Shown here: positions 9,468-21,720 of the stretch, piece by piece
How positions within the stretch are numbered: position 1 is the first letter of the stretch
How the letters are laid out: every line of letters begins with the position of its first letter
Source of the DNA: Zygophlyctis sp. KS116
Lineage: Eukaryota > Fungi > Chytridiomycota
Reading direction: 5' to 3'
Length of the DNA: 32,000 nucleotides
Assembly (NCBI GenBank): GCA_054661495.1
Contig: BAAFSQ010000077.1
Coordinates: forward strand, 1-32,000
The notes under the pieces: generated by a model
Told to the model about the DNA's origin: nothing
Database searches by the model: none
Seen by the model: the letters and a program-made list of their open reading frames with translations, nothing else
Made by a program: the position numbers and the translations under genes

Positions 9468-12400
9468 TCAATCATGATAATCTGACATTTCAACAGGTAC
9501 AGGAATATTTGTATTTAAATCTCCTTTAGATTCAGAGGTAAAAGAGGGATTCTCCATTTGGGCCAAATTATGCGATTCTTCTGGCAATAATGGAAAAGGA
9601 TCTTGAGATAAATTTATAGAATCATCGAGATTTTCAGAATATGAGTCTTGTGGTACTTGTACTGTAGGTGATTCAAAGTTATTTTTAGGAATTGTAACAG
9701 GATAACCATACAATTTGGATTCTAACTCCAAAATTTTACTATTTGTCTTATACAAAGTTGTTGTGAGGAAGTTTAGTTCTCTAAGGGATGAATAAAATAT
9801 AATCATACCCTTTTAATACAGAGTTTTCAGAAGAAAATCGAAGTGCATCCTTGAATCGAGATTTTTTAGCCTTTGATTTTTGACTATCCATAACTTTGAT
9901 TGTTTTCTCTAATGCAATTCTAGAAACTTTGAATTTCTCTTCTGGGGTTTTATGGTTCTTTCCAAGATTTAGTTTCTGAGAACCACAGCATGATATAATT
10001 GAAGACGTGTCGATATTTAATTCACCATATTTATGAAACAACGAGACAATTAAAGGCTAAAAATATTATAAGCGATTAAATACCTTGGCCTTGCTGATAT
10101 CATCTTTATTTTTCCAGACCGTAGCCACTTCTCTGATTATTTCATTTAACAGTTTCTGAAAAGTTTCCTTCTTACGGATTAGTGAATTTTTTTCACTGTA
10201 AATTGCTCGGCTTTTTATCTGTAAATCATCCAATGAATTACGAAGAATGACTTCCTTAGATCCGTAACCTTTCAATTCACTAGATATTTCCTAATTTTAA
10301 TGAATTTTGCATTACTTCAATCTGGGTTCGCAATTCAACTATTCCCTGTTCTTTTGGCTCAATTTGCTTTCGCAGCTCAACGATTTTGTAATCCAGAACG
10401 AATTTAAACTTTTCTAGCTCTTGGTTTTTCTTTCTTAGATCAAAGATTCTCTTGTCCTTTTCAAGCATAGTATCTTCTCGTTCTTGAATCTATTCTTTAG
10501 TGAATTTTGTAAATACTTCTTTTCTTAATCCGATGATGTCCACCTCTAAACTGCGTATGACCTGGTGGATCCTTTTGTCCTCCTGCCCCATTTTTACTAA
10601 ATCTTCCTTATTGTTTTCAATTTGTCGTGCAAGAGTGTCATATTCAACTCGTATCTGCTGATTTTCTTCTTGCATTTTCAAGAGCTTATCTTGCTCCTGC
10701 TTAAGTTTGATCGCATAATGATTCTGAATCTGAATATATTCCTGATCGGCATCATCTTCGATTTCCTTAATATACGATTTGTAAACCTTTTCATTTTCTT
10801 TCATTGTCATTTTCATCTTAAAAATCAATTTTATAAGGCTTACATTTTCCATTCTTTCATCCTCTTCAATTAACTTCTTCTGGTAAAAGGAAGATAGTTC
10901 TGCTATTTTATATTCATGAATTTCTAAAACCTCTTTTTCCTGATTTTTAGCACTCTCATCCATTTTCTTTTGACGTTCTTTAAGATCTTCCAACTTAACT
11001 TTTTCAGCTTGAAATTTTTCTTCGAATGATTGAAGCAGTTCTTTTAATTTCTTTTCATGCTCTTCCCTCGCATTTTGCATTTTACGCTTATGAATTTCAG
11101 CGTTGTTATTTCTCTCTATAACAATATCTGCGCCAGCTTCTTTAAGTGCATTAATTTCAATCATGTATCGATTGATTGCATCAGAGGTTTTCTTCTCGTA
11201 TGCAATATCTTTAATTCGCTGCTGGCTTTCATTTAAAGAGCTGACGTCTTCAATTTTTGCTCGCAATTCATTCATTATTCTATAACTTTCCTTCATATCG
11301 GATTTAGTAGCAAGTATTTCTTCACTAAATACACACTCCTTAATTTTTTTAGAAGATGCGGCGTTATTCTTGTATATCCATAATAAACCGTCTTCTCCTG
11401 CTGTGAAAAGATACTGATCATCATGCGAAATTTTGATTCTTGTTATTGCCCCATTATGCCAAGTAAACGTGAATTGATCGCCGATTTCTTCTGAAGAAGA
11501 GATTTTAATGGGTACAACACTCCCAGATGATGTGGCACCAAATACGAAGTTAGAATTGCAGGTTGCTACCAAGCTTGAAATTGGCTCTTTAAGCGGAAAA
11601 GATGAAGTAACTTCTCGATCACACAATTCTTTTACTGTGAAATCATTAGCTAATACTAGAAATGATTTCAAATTGTGCCCAAACGTAACGGAACTATACA
11701 GTATGTTTTCCGTTTCAATTATCTGTTCATTCTTAAAAGTATGCATGTTCCAGATAGACAACGAGCCTTCAATGTCCGATGAGATAAGCTTCTTATCATC
11801 ATTGGACCATAAAATCGATTTAATTTTGGCTTTAGATCCCTTACATGTGCCTGCAATACGGAAAGACCATGTATGGTAAATCTGAATTGTGGGTCCTAAT
11901 ACAGCTGCAAAAAAATGTCCACCATTACTAAAAGAACATTCTTTGCAACTGGGAATGTTGCTTTCCCAATAAGGACGAATATCATCAATCAAAAGGGTCA
12001 TTAGCTTGATCGACTTTGTAAATGCTGCTAAGATATACAGTCCACTGGGATGAATAGATATCGCTGTAGCTTCTTCAGGAAAATATTTAATTAGTTCTAA
12101 TGTGTTTTCGATATAATTCCACACTCTAATTGATCTATCAGATCCACTTGTGATAATCAAAGGCTTCTGATAGGCAACATCCATTCCTATAATTGGTCCA
12201 GAATGAAAAGAGCTGAAAAAACGATCCGCCTTCACAACATCATCCTATTATTAGAGCCAGAAACTGTGCATACCTTTGTATCCGATTCAATAGGCAAAGT
12301 GTATATTTGTCCATTACTTAAACATGCCAAAGCATTTTTTTCAGTAGGATTGATTGATATTGTGGAAACATTAGAATCTTCCAAGAGAAATTCTTTGGAT

Positions 12401-13367
12401 TTTTTATACAGATAAGAGTCATCTGTTTTCTCAAAAAAAACAACCACTCCAGTCGAAATACCTGCTACCAAACCATTTGAATATGATTCAATCGACATAA
12501 TTTTAGCATCCCTGACTTCTGCATTATCAGAATTTGACGGCACGACGTAAGCGATTTCAAGTATATGTTCCCCAGAATCAAAAACAAGTAGTTTCGAGTC
12601 ATCTGTACCTGCAACAATCCGATTTTTATTAGCCCATGAATGACAAATCATATTCTATCTAATCATTCCAATCAAATCACCTTTGAGAGTTTCACTTGAT
12701 GTACTAATTTAAAGGTGGGATCTTCGAATTTGAAAACACGTAGAATCCCATTTCCGATGATGCAGAGTTGAATCGAACGTCCAAAAGGATTAATAGATAT
12801 TTCATTAATTTGGGAATTGGATTGATAACCCGTTTTAACATTTCCAATCAGTTTTCCTTTTTCTGTATTCCAAACATACACTGTACTAGTCTGTGAGGAA
12901 ATATAGTCATTACCCATTAGCATCTTCAGAAAGGGCGAAGAGATGTCTAGCATCTTTTGAAAAAACAATAGAAGTAAACTCCTAATTCTGAGATTTAATT
13001 TCTTACCATAGCATCATGAGATACATTCAGAGTTTTCTTCTTTTTGAGAGTCTCCAAATCATAAATTATAATATAAGCACCGGCTTGCTTCTCGTTAGCA
13101 TCATCAATATCAGGCGATCCTTTGATCGCTACTGCTAGCAGTTTACTGATCGAATTCGAGGCCATCGTTGTGATCGGCCCACTTTCACTGATCAATATAA
13201 ATCTTTGAGATTTCTGCAATTCATCAAATAGGATAATATGAGGTCCGGCGGGATAGATCACTGTCTGATAGTCCAAATAGATTAGATTATTATTGATTTT
13301 GGGATTGGTACCAAATACATGGCTATACATTAATTAAGAATAAGAGATACCTTGGGCTCAAGGACAT
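9468..13367 (-). CDS. CFAP57: Cilia- and flagella-associated protein 57 (WDR65): WD40 repeats plus a long coiled coil
   Basis: N-terminal [37 protein letters not shown] and the diagnostic [36 protein letters not shown]. Multiple mini-introns; the start codon is approximate. Confidence 0.9.
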
Positions 13368-13519
13368 TTGTGGGAAATACGGAGGAACAGGGAATTACAT
13401 CATCACTCACGCTCTGCAAGCTTGCTCGCTGTAAAGATCTATTAATGCTGAAATACATTTATTAAAGTATTTCTCACCCATAGATGTAGATAATATCCAA
13501 AAAATTACCAACTACTATT

Positions 13520-16500
13520 CTAACATTTGACGAGATTCTGAAGCTCTTTGAGTAGATTTTTTATCCATTTAGCATCTCCCATCTTTTTAGCCTCAATAAA
13601 TCCATTAATACTAGATAAAAGTTCCTCTTGATTCCAATTAAGAGTACGCTATTGCATTAATGTTTTAGAAATATTACATCTGAACAGATTCTTTTACCAA
13701 CTCTTATAATACTGATCAAGTCTTTCATAAGCTCTCTAAATCGTTCCCTATTTAATCCATGAGGCCCCTTGTCAATAGAAGATGATTCTACCAACTTGAT
13801 CGCTATATTTTTAGATATTTTTGGAGCAATGGAATCAATAATTTCACCAAGGCCGCTAACCTATAAATAATTAATGTGAAATAGAAAATTACATCCTTAT
13901 TTTGTTTGATGAGTGCCACTAATATATTATATCCTTGGACAAGATTATATGCCTTAATTTTTTCACCACTCAAGACATCAACCATCTTTATAATTATGTT
14001 CCATCCATACTGTGGGTAGCGATTGAACAGTTCCAAAAATAGAGAAGGCTTTAACTTTGATTTAGACTTTGTGATGAAGTTATTGAATGATTCAAAATAT
14101 ATTTGAGATATAACAGGCACGTCGTCTAAGATTTCTGACTGAACATGAGTCGCATTTTTTTGATCAGTCTTTTGCTTTTTAGCTGCCAATGAAGCATTTG
14201 GGGTTATTGAAGAAAGTACCTTGACAAGGAAAACAGAAGCTAAACTACATAAATTAGAAAAACTGGAGTCATTTATCCGGCCAGAAAGTTGATGAGCAGA
14301 TTTTAGCATAGATTCAGTTTTCAACATATCAATTTCCGGAGATGAGGGACATTCTTTCCGTGATAATATTTTCTTTAGAGCTGAAGTAAGACGTGCTTTT
14401 ACTTCTTTTTCATTAGAATGCTGTAGGATAAGACCTAGCATATTTTCGATTGTATAAAGAATAAGTAAACTTTGTGGTTGAGATTGAGAAAATGCTTCTA
14501 AAAGATCAATTACTCTAAGTTTAAAGTGCAATGCATGCTTCTTCATATCTTTTGTTTAACTAAGCATATATATTACCTTTTTTCTGGGTTTGATTTAGAG
14601 AACGCTGTTTAAAAATTTCTGCCAGTTTTGAGTCGTATTCTTCCATGTCATCATCATTTAGCCCATTATCTTCATCTTCCTCGCCAATTTGTTCCTGATG
14701 AAATACGTCAAGTTCATCGTCACTAGTGTCAGATGAATTATCATCTTGATCTGGCGTTATTTCTTCTTTGTTTTCATCCTGTACGTCTTCGATGTCTTCA
14801 TCTTCTTCAAAAATATCTTCGGCACCTGCAGGACCATTTGCACTTTTAAGAACATCAAAGATTATTTCCAAAGACTTTTCAGATATTTTCGAGGAAAAAA
14901 CTTTAAAAATGTCCAATATTAGCGCTCGTAATGGAGCTGAAGGTTTAGAAAGCAAGCTTAAAAAGATATCTACCAATACATCAACTGGAACAATATCGAT
15001 TTCTTCGGATGTTTTTCTCTTCTTTGAAATTGCTTCTTTCTGCCACATGTTTTTAAAACAAGTTTCCAAATCCTCGATAAGCGAGACAAGATCCGTAGGA
15101 TCAGAGTACGACTGTATTAAAACATGATTGATAAGAGACTCGAATGACGAGACTTCAATTAGCAATCCACTCGCTTCTGTATTTTCTTTGGCTAGTTTTT
15201 CTTTCTGATCGTTATTTTTTGATATGATTAATACCTTTTTTCGGATTGATTTTAAAAGTTTAGCTGTTTTTTGAAAAACGTTTTCTACAGTTTCGTCAAA
15301 TTCAATCACGAGGCACATTTCGTCTTTAATTTTAGATTCTTCGATCGTATCAAGCACAAATCGAGTCCAGGGCTCTCCATTAAGCATTAATCCATGATAT
15401 TTTCGCCCTAAAAAATAAAACGTAATATTATTATACCCTTATAACCTTCAATAATTATCGAATGTAATGAGCCCAACACAGATTCTAATTTCGATCGTGA
15501 ATATGCTTGCGTTTTTTGACTCAGAGCAGGTACTGGCATTCCATCCGATACTTTGCCTTTTTTAACGAAAAATCCATGAAAGACTAGAAATTTTAAAATA
15601 TTCTTGATCCAAATCTCCTCTTTAGGGATCTTTTGAATTTTGAAAAGAGTATGTAACTGATCCAGAACACGTTGACGAACCACTTCTGGGCCTTTCTCAT
15701 TATCTACTGTCTTTTCAGTTTCCTGATTAATAAAGATATCTTGTAAATGACTAATATAGTTTCCAACTTCTTCAGACGTAAGATTATTAAGCACTTTTTC
15801 CACCGTCTTTGTTTTGGAAATTGAATCAAAGTTTAAGCTTCCATAAGGACCAATCAACTGTAGTACAATCTTGAAAGCAGTTTCTGGACTATCTTGAGCC
15901 TTTTGAGAAATCTTTTCTGCAGTTTCATTTGCAATTGTATTCAAGAAAGTATCCTTATTTGAAAGATTATTCATCAAACAACGAAGAAAATTTGGAGTAA
16001 ATATGAAAATCACTTCTTCTGATGGTAGTCTAGACAAGAGATTCTGAAACACTGCAAATCCCAAACATTTTCGCTCATGAGTAGAAGTAAAAAGAGTTTG
16101 ATCAAGCAATTCCCAAAGCTCCAGTACTGAAATTCTTTTAGACTTTGGTACGTTTAGAATTGGTAAAAGAGCATCCCAAATCGGATGTAAATTTGGATTT
16201 AATATAGTAGAATCCTATTGCTAAGATAAAATATAAAATACCTTTAATATATTCACCAACTTGTTTATATTTTTACAATGTAAAGGATCACCATTATGCA
16301 AATTTGGTAATAAAGTCTTCCAATCATAATCTACCTATTACATTAAACATTTCTAATTCACCTCTTGATTTTGTAAAATCATCAACATCCAAATTTCTTC
16401 AATATATTCCCCACTAGTAATACATTTCAAAATAGAGTATGAAATCCCTTCAGAGCCCCATTTCAACTCCTTAATTTCATCTATTAAACTCAAAATAACT

Positions 16501-17035
16501 TCCATTGCTGGAATCCTTAGATAAATCTTTGAATGAAAAGTCATGATTAAAAAATCAATCAATCCCTGAACTTGTGTTAAAGATGCATTTGTTTTCAGTA
16601 ACCCAGAATTTATAATTGCCATAACTCCAAATATTCTACCAATAGCAATATCTCTTTCTTCCTGTCCCTTTGTGCTTCCTTGAGATTCAGTTAATTTAAG
16701 CAAGATCTGCCATAATAACCCAACATCAATCTTTGGCATAATCTTTAACAACTAAAAAATCAGTAAATAGATTTTACTTGTGATAATGTCATTGAGAATC
16801 CTAATCTAGCAGCATCTCTCGACGATGCCAAACCTCTTATGAGCCGTTTAAATGCATATGCCACATCCGGAGAACAAGCCTCTGATATCTCTGATTCATC
16901 TTGAATGACTAAATCTTTTGCATCGAGTCCAATTTTCAAATTCTCAATCAATGCATTCCCTGCCTTTAGTCTGATGGCATGATCATGAGAAGCCAAGTCC
17001 CAATAAAGTTGAAGATTGGTGCCACTTTGTTCCAT
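13520..17035 (-). CDS. POL5: Pol5/MYBBP1A ('DNA polymerase phi') nucleolar ribosome biogenesis factor
   Basis: LYWDLAS, YAFKRLIRGLASSRDAARLGF, THERKCLGF, NFLRCLMNNLS, an acidic DDDMEEYDSKLAEIF tract and HFKLRVIDLLE. The spliced last exon ends at TAG 13520-13522. Confidence 0.92.
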
Positions 17036-17185
17036 TTTTTTACTTTCAAAAAAAGAAAAATTTGTTGGTTGGATTATAAGGGTATAAAATTCTTTTATTA
17101 TTACGAGTTATAAAGAAAATTCTCAAAATACTCTCATTGACAAACCCAAAACTACAGCTACACTTTTGAAAAAAATTTAGGAAAA

Positions 17186-17909
17186 ATGAATTCTGAGCAA
17201 ACTTCAAAAGCGGTCAATGCACTTTTAAAGCACTTGAAAAATGAATCAAATGATCTCTTACCCAGTATTACCAATCTTTGGATCATTCTTACTTTGGAAG
17301 AAATGCCAACTAGGGTCTCTTTAAAGCCAATTCCGATTAAATTACCTAATCCGATTATTCCTCATGATGCATCAGTCTGTTTAATTGCAAAAGATCCTCA
17401 ATCAGAGACAAAGGAATTGGTCAAATCTTTAAATCTTTCAAGACCAATTAAAGTCATTGGAGTCTCAAAGTTGAGATCAAAGTATAAGCCATTTGAAGCT
17501 AAAAGAGCATTATTGGATTCTTTTGAATTGTTTTTGGCAGACGATCGAGTTATTCCAGTTTTACCAAGATTATTAGGAAAAAAGTTTTTTCTTAAAAAGA
17601 AACAGCCTGTTCCAATTCAAGTCAACAAGTCTTCACTGCTTAATAATTTAGAAAACATGTTTAGTAGTACATTTATGCATTATTCTAGTGGTGTTTGCAT
17701 GTAAGTTATTTAGGTTTAAGGTTAGGTCCATAAGAATTGGCACTACACAACTTTCTGTAGAGGAAAATGTTTCAAATATCATGGCTGGAATGGAAGAAAT
17801 TATAAAGAAAATTCCTAAAAAGTGGGATAATATTCAATCTATTCATTTAAAATCTTCAGAATCAATAGCACTGCCTATTTATGCTAAAAAATATTCAGAA
17901 AGTGATTAA
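17186..17909 (+). CDS. Ribosomal protein L1 domain-containing protein (RSL1D1/Cic1/Utp30 family)
   Basis: VCLIAKDPQ, LRSKYKPFEAKRALLDSFELFLADDRV, LLGKKFF and IHLKSSESIALPIY; 25-nt intron 17701-17725. Confidence 0.9.
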
Positions 17910-18047
17910 AATAAAGCACAAAAAGACTATAAACACTAGAATTTCTAATATTTAGTGACTCATCTAGAATTTGATTTGAAAATTTTCAATTCAAATTTTA
18001 CCGTAAAAATTTTCTGGTCCGGGCCAAAGAAATTTAAACTGATTAAA

Positions 18048-18669
18048 ATGATATATTCTCTTTTAATGATTGCAATCGTTGCTGCTGTCAAGCATCAAGG
18101 GTCTTCTGAACAAGTTGGAAGTATGTTCTCAACACAATGCTTAAATGCAATGGCTAAATGCAGAAGCAGCTGCGCAGGTCTAAAGGGGAAAGATGAGGTC
18201 AAATGCATCTGTGATAATACTCCTAAAATAATAAGATGGTAATTATTTCTCTTTAATCGCAAGTGCTTCTGGTATCTCTGTTTGTACGGTACAGGAAAGA
18301 GACGATTTAGTCAAGGGAATGCAATTGGCTCAGAAACTAATGTGTTCTGCTCCTTCTGTTGATGCATTTATTGATGGTAAAGGAAGATCATCTCATCAAC
18401 CACCAAAAGGGCATGGACAATCTGATAAGGATGACATTTTCAAAGATTTGCCAAAATTGAGCGATAAGAAGAAAAGTCCAAAGGGCAATAGTTTTGATGA
18501 TATTGATGATATTGAAGATTTGGAAGATTTGGAAAGTTTTATGGGAACTGGTAATTCTACAAAGTCCGATGCAAAGTCCGATAAAAAGGATGAAGTCAAG
18601 AACAAGAGTATGGGAAGTTTTAGTAATTCCATTTTTTACATTAGTCTGATTTTAATACTTGCCATTTAA
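18048..18669 (+). CDS. Small secreted 8-Cys (CFEM-like) protein with a charged linker and hydrophobic C-terminal tail (possible GPI anchor)
   Basis: Signal peptide MIYSLLMIAIVAA and intron 18239-18263. Eight Cys including a CxC; tail IFYISLILILAI. Confidence 0.6.
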
Positions 18670-18786
18670 TAATACGATTTCGTTTCTTAATACTCTTTTC
18701 GAACTGCTAGTCAACACTGACATTGGCCATCCTAGACCTCTATTGTACTTATTGTGGCACCTGTTTGGTATTTAATCAATCTAGTT

Positions 18787-21292
18787 ATGTTTGGTTTTAA
18801 GAGATACTTGATAGGAGATCGTTTGGATAAGCTTTATGTTTTGAAATTACCATTTGAGATTAATATAATGGAATTTATCGCCGTGAAAAGATTGGATTCT
18901 CAGCTACTTTTGTGCGTACATGAAGGCGGTATGGATCAAATGTTTAAATATACAGGAGCCAGTAGTATTATTCTAAATTATTCTGATGCGATCTCTATCG
19001 GAGATTCGGTTGGAGATCAGTCGCCAAATGTAGATGATCTTAAATTTTGGACTTTTCAGATAGTTTCAAAGTTGATCATTTTGGAACAAAATAATATTAT
19101 TAATGGAAATCTTTCAAAGGATTCAGTATACATTGATCAGTCGAAAAATGTGATTTTTAGAAATCAATTTCTATTCCATTTGGCAAATTACGAATTTCCT
19201 ATAGGGTACGAATTGTTGGCTGATAAGTAGGAAATTGAAATGTATTCCGCCAGAATGTATTTTGAAGGGTCAAGTTTGTAGTAAATTCGATGTTTGGTCA
19301 TTGGGGATGTTATTGGCGGAACTAGTTTTGGGTGAACAATTTTATGATGACTTTGCGCTTTTGGATGATATTCAAAATAGCTCGCCAATTCAAGAAATGA
19401 AATTTATACAGCTTGTAAAGGAGTTTGAAATGGACAATAGTCTCAAGGAGTTGATTTGTGATTGCTTAGAGTTCCTACCAGAGAGTAGGCCGTCACTTGT
19501 AGATATTTTAAAATCACAGTTCTTACACGATCTACAAACTGTAGATTCTAATCAAAGGGAATGGCCTATCATGGCGCATAATTATGATAATTCTTTAAAA
19601 GCAGAAGATATGTTTTACCTTTATCAGGTCCGAAATGGAAAGATTAGTCATGTAAAGACAGATCAACAGTTTCATGAAGCGGAACTACCATTGATTGTTC
19701 GGCTTTCAGACGATTTGGATTCTATTATCACTCAATTTCCAAAGAGAATCTCTCTTCCAATATGTTTAGAAGTAAATGAGATAGATGTCTCGGATTTGTT
19801 GGATATTTCGGCTTTAACTATTCGTAGTTATGAGTCATGGAAGAAATCTGATGTTTGGGGATTTAAAGAAATTAATGGTTCAATGATGATGTTTGCTAAA
19901 AAAGATAGGCTGTCTTTAGACTGGAATGAGAAGGAAAGAGATTTACTTTATCAACTTGAACGAACACGACTATTCAGAGATTTACTTATTCGGTTTCCAT
20001 TTTCAGCGGACGCTATTTTATCTGAAAGTACCGATGGATTTCCTACACATCTAAGAGCTCCTATATATTGTGCACTTTTAAATGCGGAAGGTGATGCTTC
20101 TATTTTGTTTGATGTTCTTGATTGTGAAATTTCTACATCAATGGATCAACAGGTATATAGATGCAATATTCACAAAAGATTTACAAAGACGTACGAAGAT
20201 GTCATCAATATCACACTCTCTTATCTTCTTCAAATGGACAAGATAGTCTGCGTAGAATACTTAAAGCATGGGTGATATATAATACTGGAAAGCAAGTGTA
20301 TTGGCAAGGACTAGACTCAATTGCTGCTCCATTTCTATCATTAATGTACCATGATGAAAGTTTAACATTCCTATGCCTGGCTAAATTTGTGTCTAAATAT
20401 TGCCATGAATTTTTTCTACCTGATAACTCCAAAACTATTAAAAAGTAACTTACTTTCTTAATTATAGATATATGACATCTCTTAAGAAGATTATTTCTTT
20501 TAACGACCCTGAACTATTCCTGTATATGGAAAGTATTGGACTCGAGCCACGTTTGTATGCGATTCCCTGGTTCATGACTTGTTTTGCACGTAAATCCGGT
20601 TTTTTCTAAAATATATAGATGTGCTACCAATTCATCATATATATCGATTATGGGACCATCTCTTGATCAGCAAACCAGAAATGACACTTTTTATAGCTTT
20701 TAGCATTCTGTATCAAACTCGTGAACAAATTCTTTCCAAAGACTTTAATCAAAACATGCTTTGGATATCATCGCTTAGTTTTGTAAACATTGAAAAATGT
20801 ATTTTGGATTCTAGTATATTTTCTAATATTACACCTCCGTCATTATATGATTTGAATGATTCTGAAAATGAAAAATCGGTAAATTTGGTTTATAATTTAA
20901 ATAGAAACTTTTAGGATCAATATCTGCATCTGACTTTATTGAAATGCGACATTATTCTCTCCTGATTGATTCAAGAAACCATTTTAATAATGATCACCTT
21001 ATTGGATCTATTAAATTTCCAAAATCAGCATCTGACTTGATAAATTTGATAAAGAAGCACTCAAGATTCTTCCTAATAATTGCTTATCAAGATGAGCCTC
21101 CAAAAAAGGTATTATATTTTTTAGACTCATTGCAAGAAGATTGAACAGTTATTAAGTACTTGTAATAATAGCAGCTTGAGTCGCGTTTGCTTACTTTCTA
21201 TTGATCTGATACAAGGTATAGACTCTTGTTTCTGTGCAATGCATTCTCAATCTAAAAAAACATGCATTAGTTTATCAAATTCAAATCATTGA
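18787..21292 (+). CDS. TBCK: TBC1 domain-containing kinase (pseudokinase + Rab-GAP TBC + rhodanese-like)
   Basis: PPE..KFDVWSLG kinase C-lobe, EKERDLLYQ, IYKDVRRCHQY (R finger), YWQGLDS (Q finger), AIPWFMTCFAH and LLIDSR. The start is uncertain. Confidence 0.88.
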
Positions 21293-21314
21293 TATAGAAA
21301 AATATGATTGTAAT

Positions 21315-21614
21315 TTATTTTTTGATAATACTTTCTAGCTCCGTAATACGATGTTTTAAACTTGATATTTCATTTTGCATATTTCTAATGATAACATGAA
21401 CTTTATCAGAATCAAAATCAGAATCGGAATCATACTTTTGAGTCCCATATTTTATAGGAGATAACTGATACCAGCGTGTTGAATCAAGATCACTTTCCTC
21501 AGACATTGATAAATTACAGGATTTATTGTCTATCGATGTCATTGAAGGACTTGATTTTGGTAAATAAAACAATGAATTAGTTTTCTTGACTGGTTTTATA
21601 GATGATACGTTCAT
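21315..21614 (-). CDS. Hypothetical 99-aa protein, Ser-rich with a C-terminal coiled coil
   Basis: ATG-initiated ORF filling the gap between TBCK and GPI1; ends in IRNMQNEISSLKHRITELE heptads. Confidence 0.55.
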   Translation of the reverse strand: MNVSSIKPVKKTNSLFYLPKSSPSMTSIDNKSCNLSMSEESDLDSTRWYQLSPIKYGTQKYDSDSDFDSDKVHVIIRNMQNEISSLKHRITELESIIKK

Positions 21615-21720
21615 TATTGATCAAGATCTGGCGGAGGCTGTTTGCATTTGTCCGAAACATGTAATTACATGGAATGCATAAATTCCAGTGGTTGGACACT
21701 CTTCCATTGTTAAATTTATA

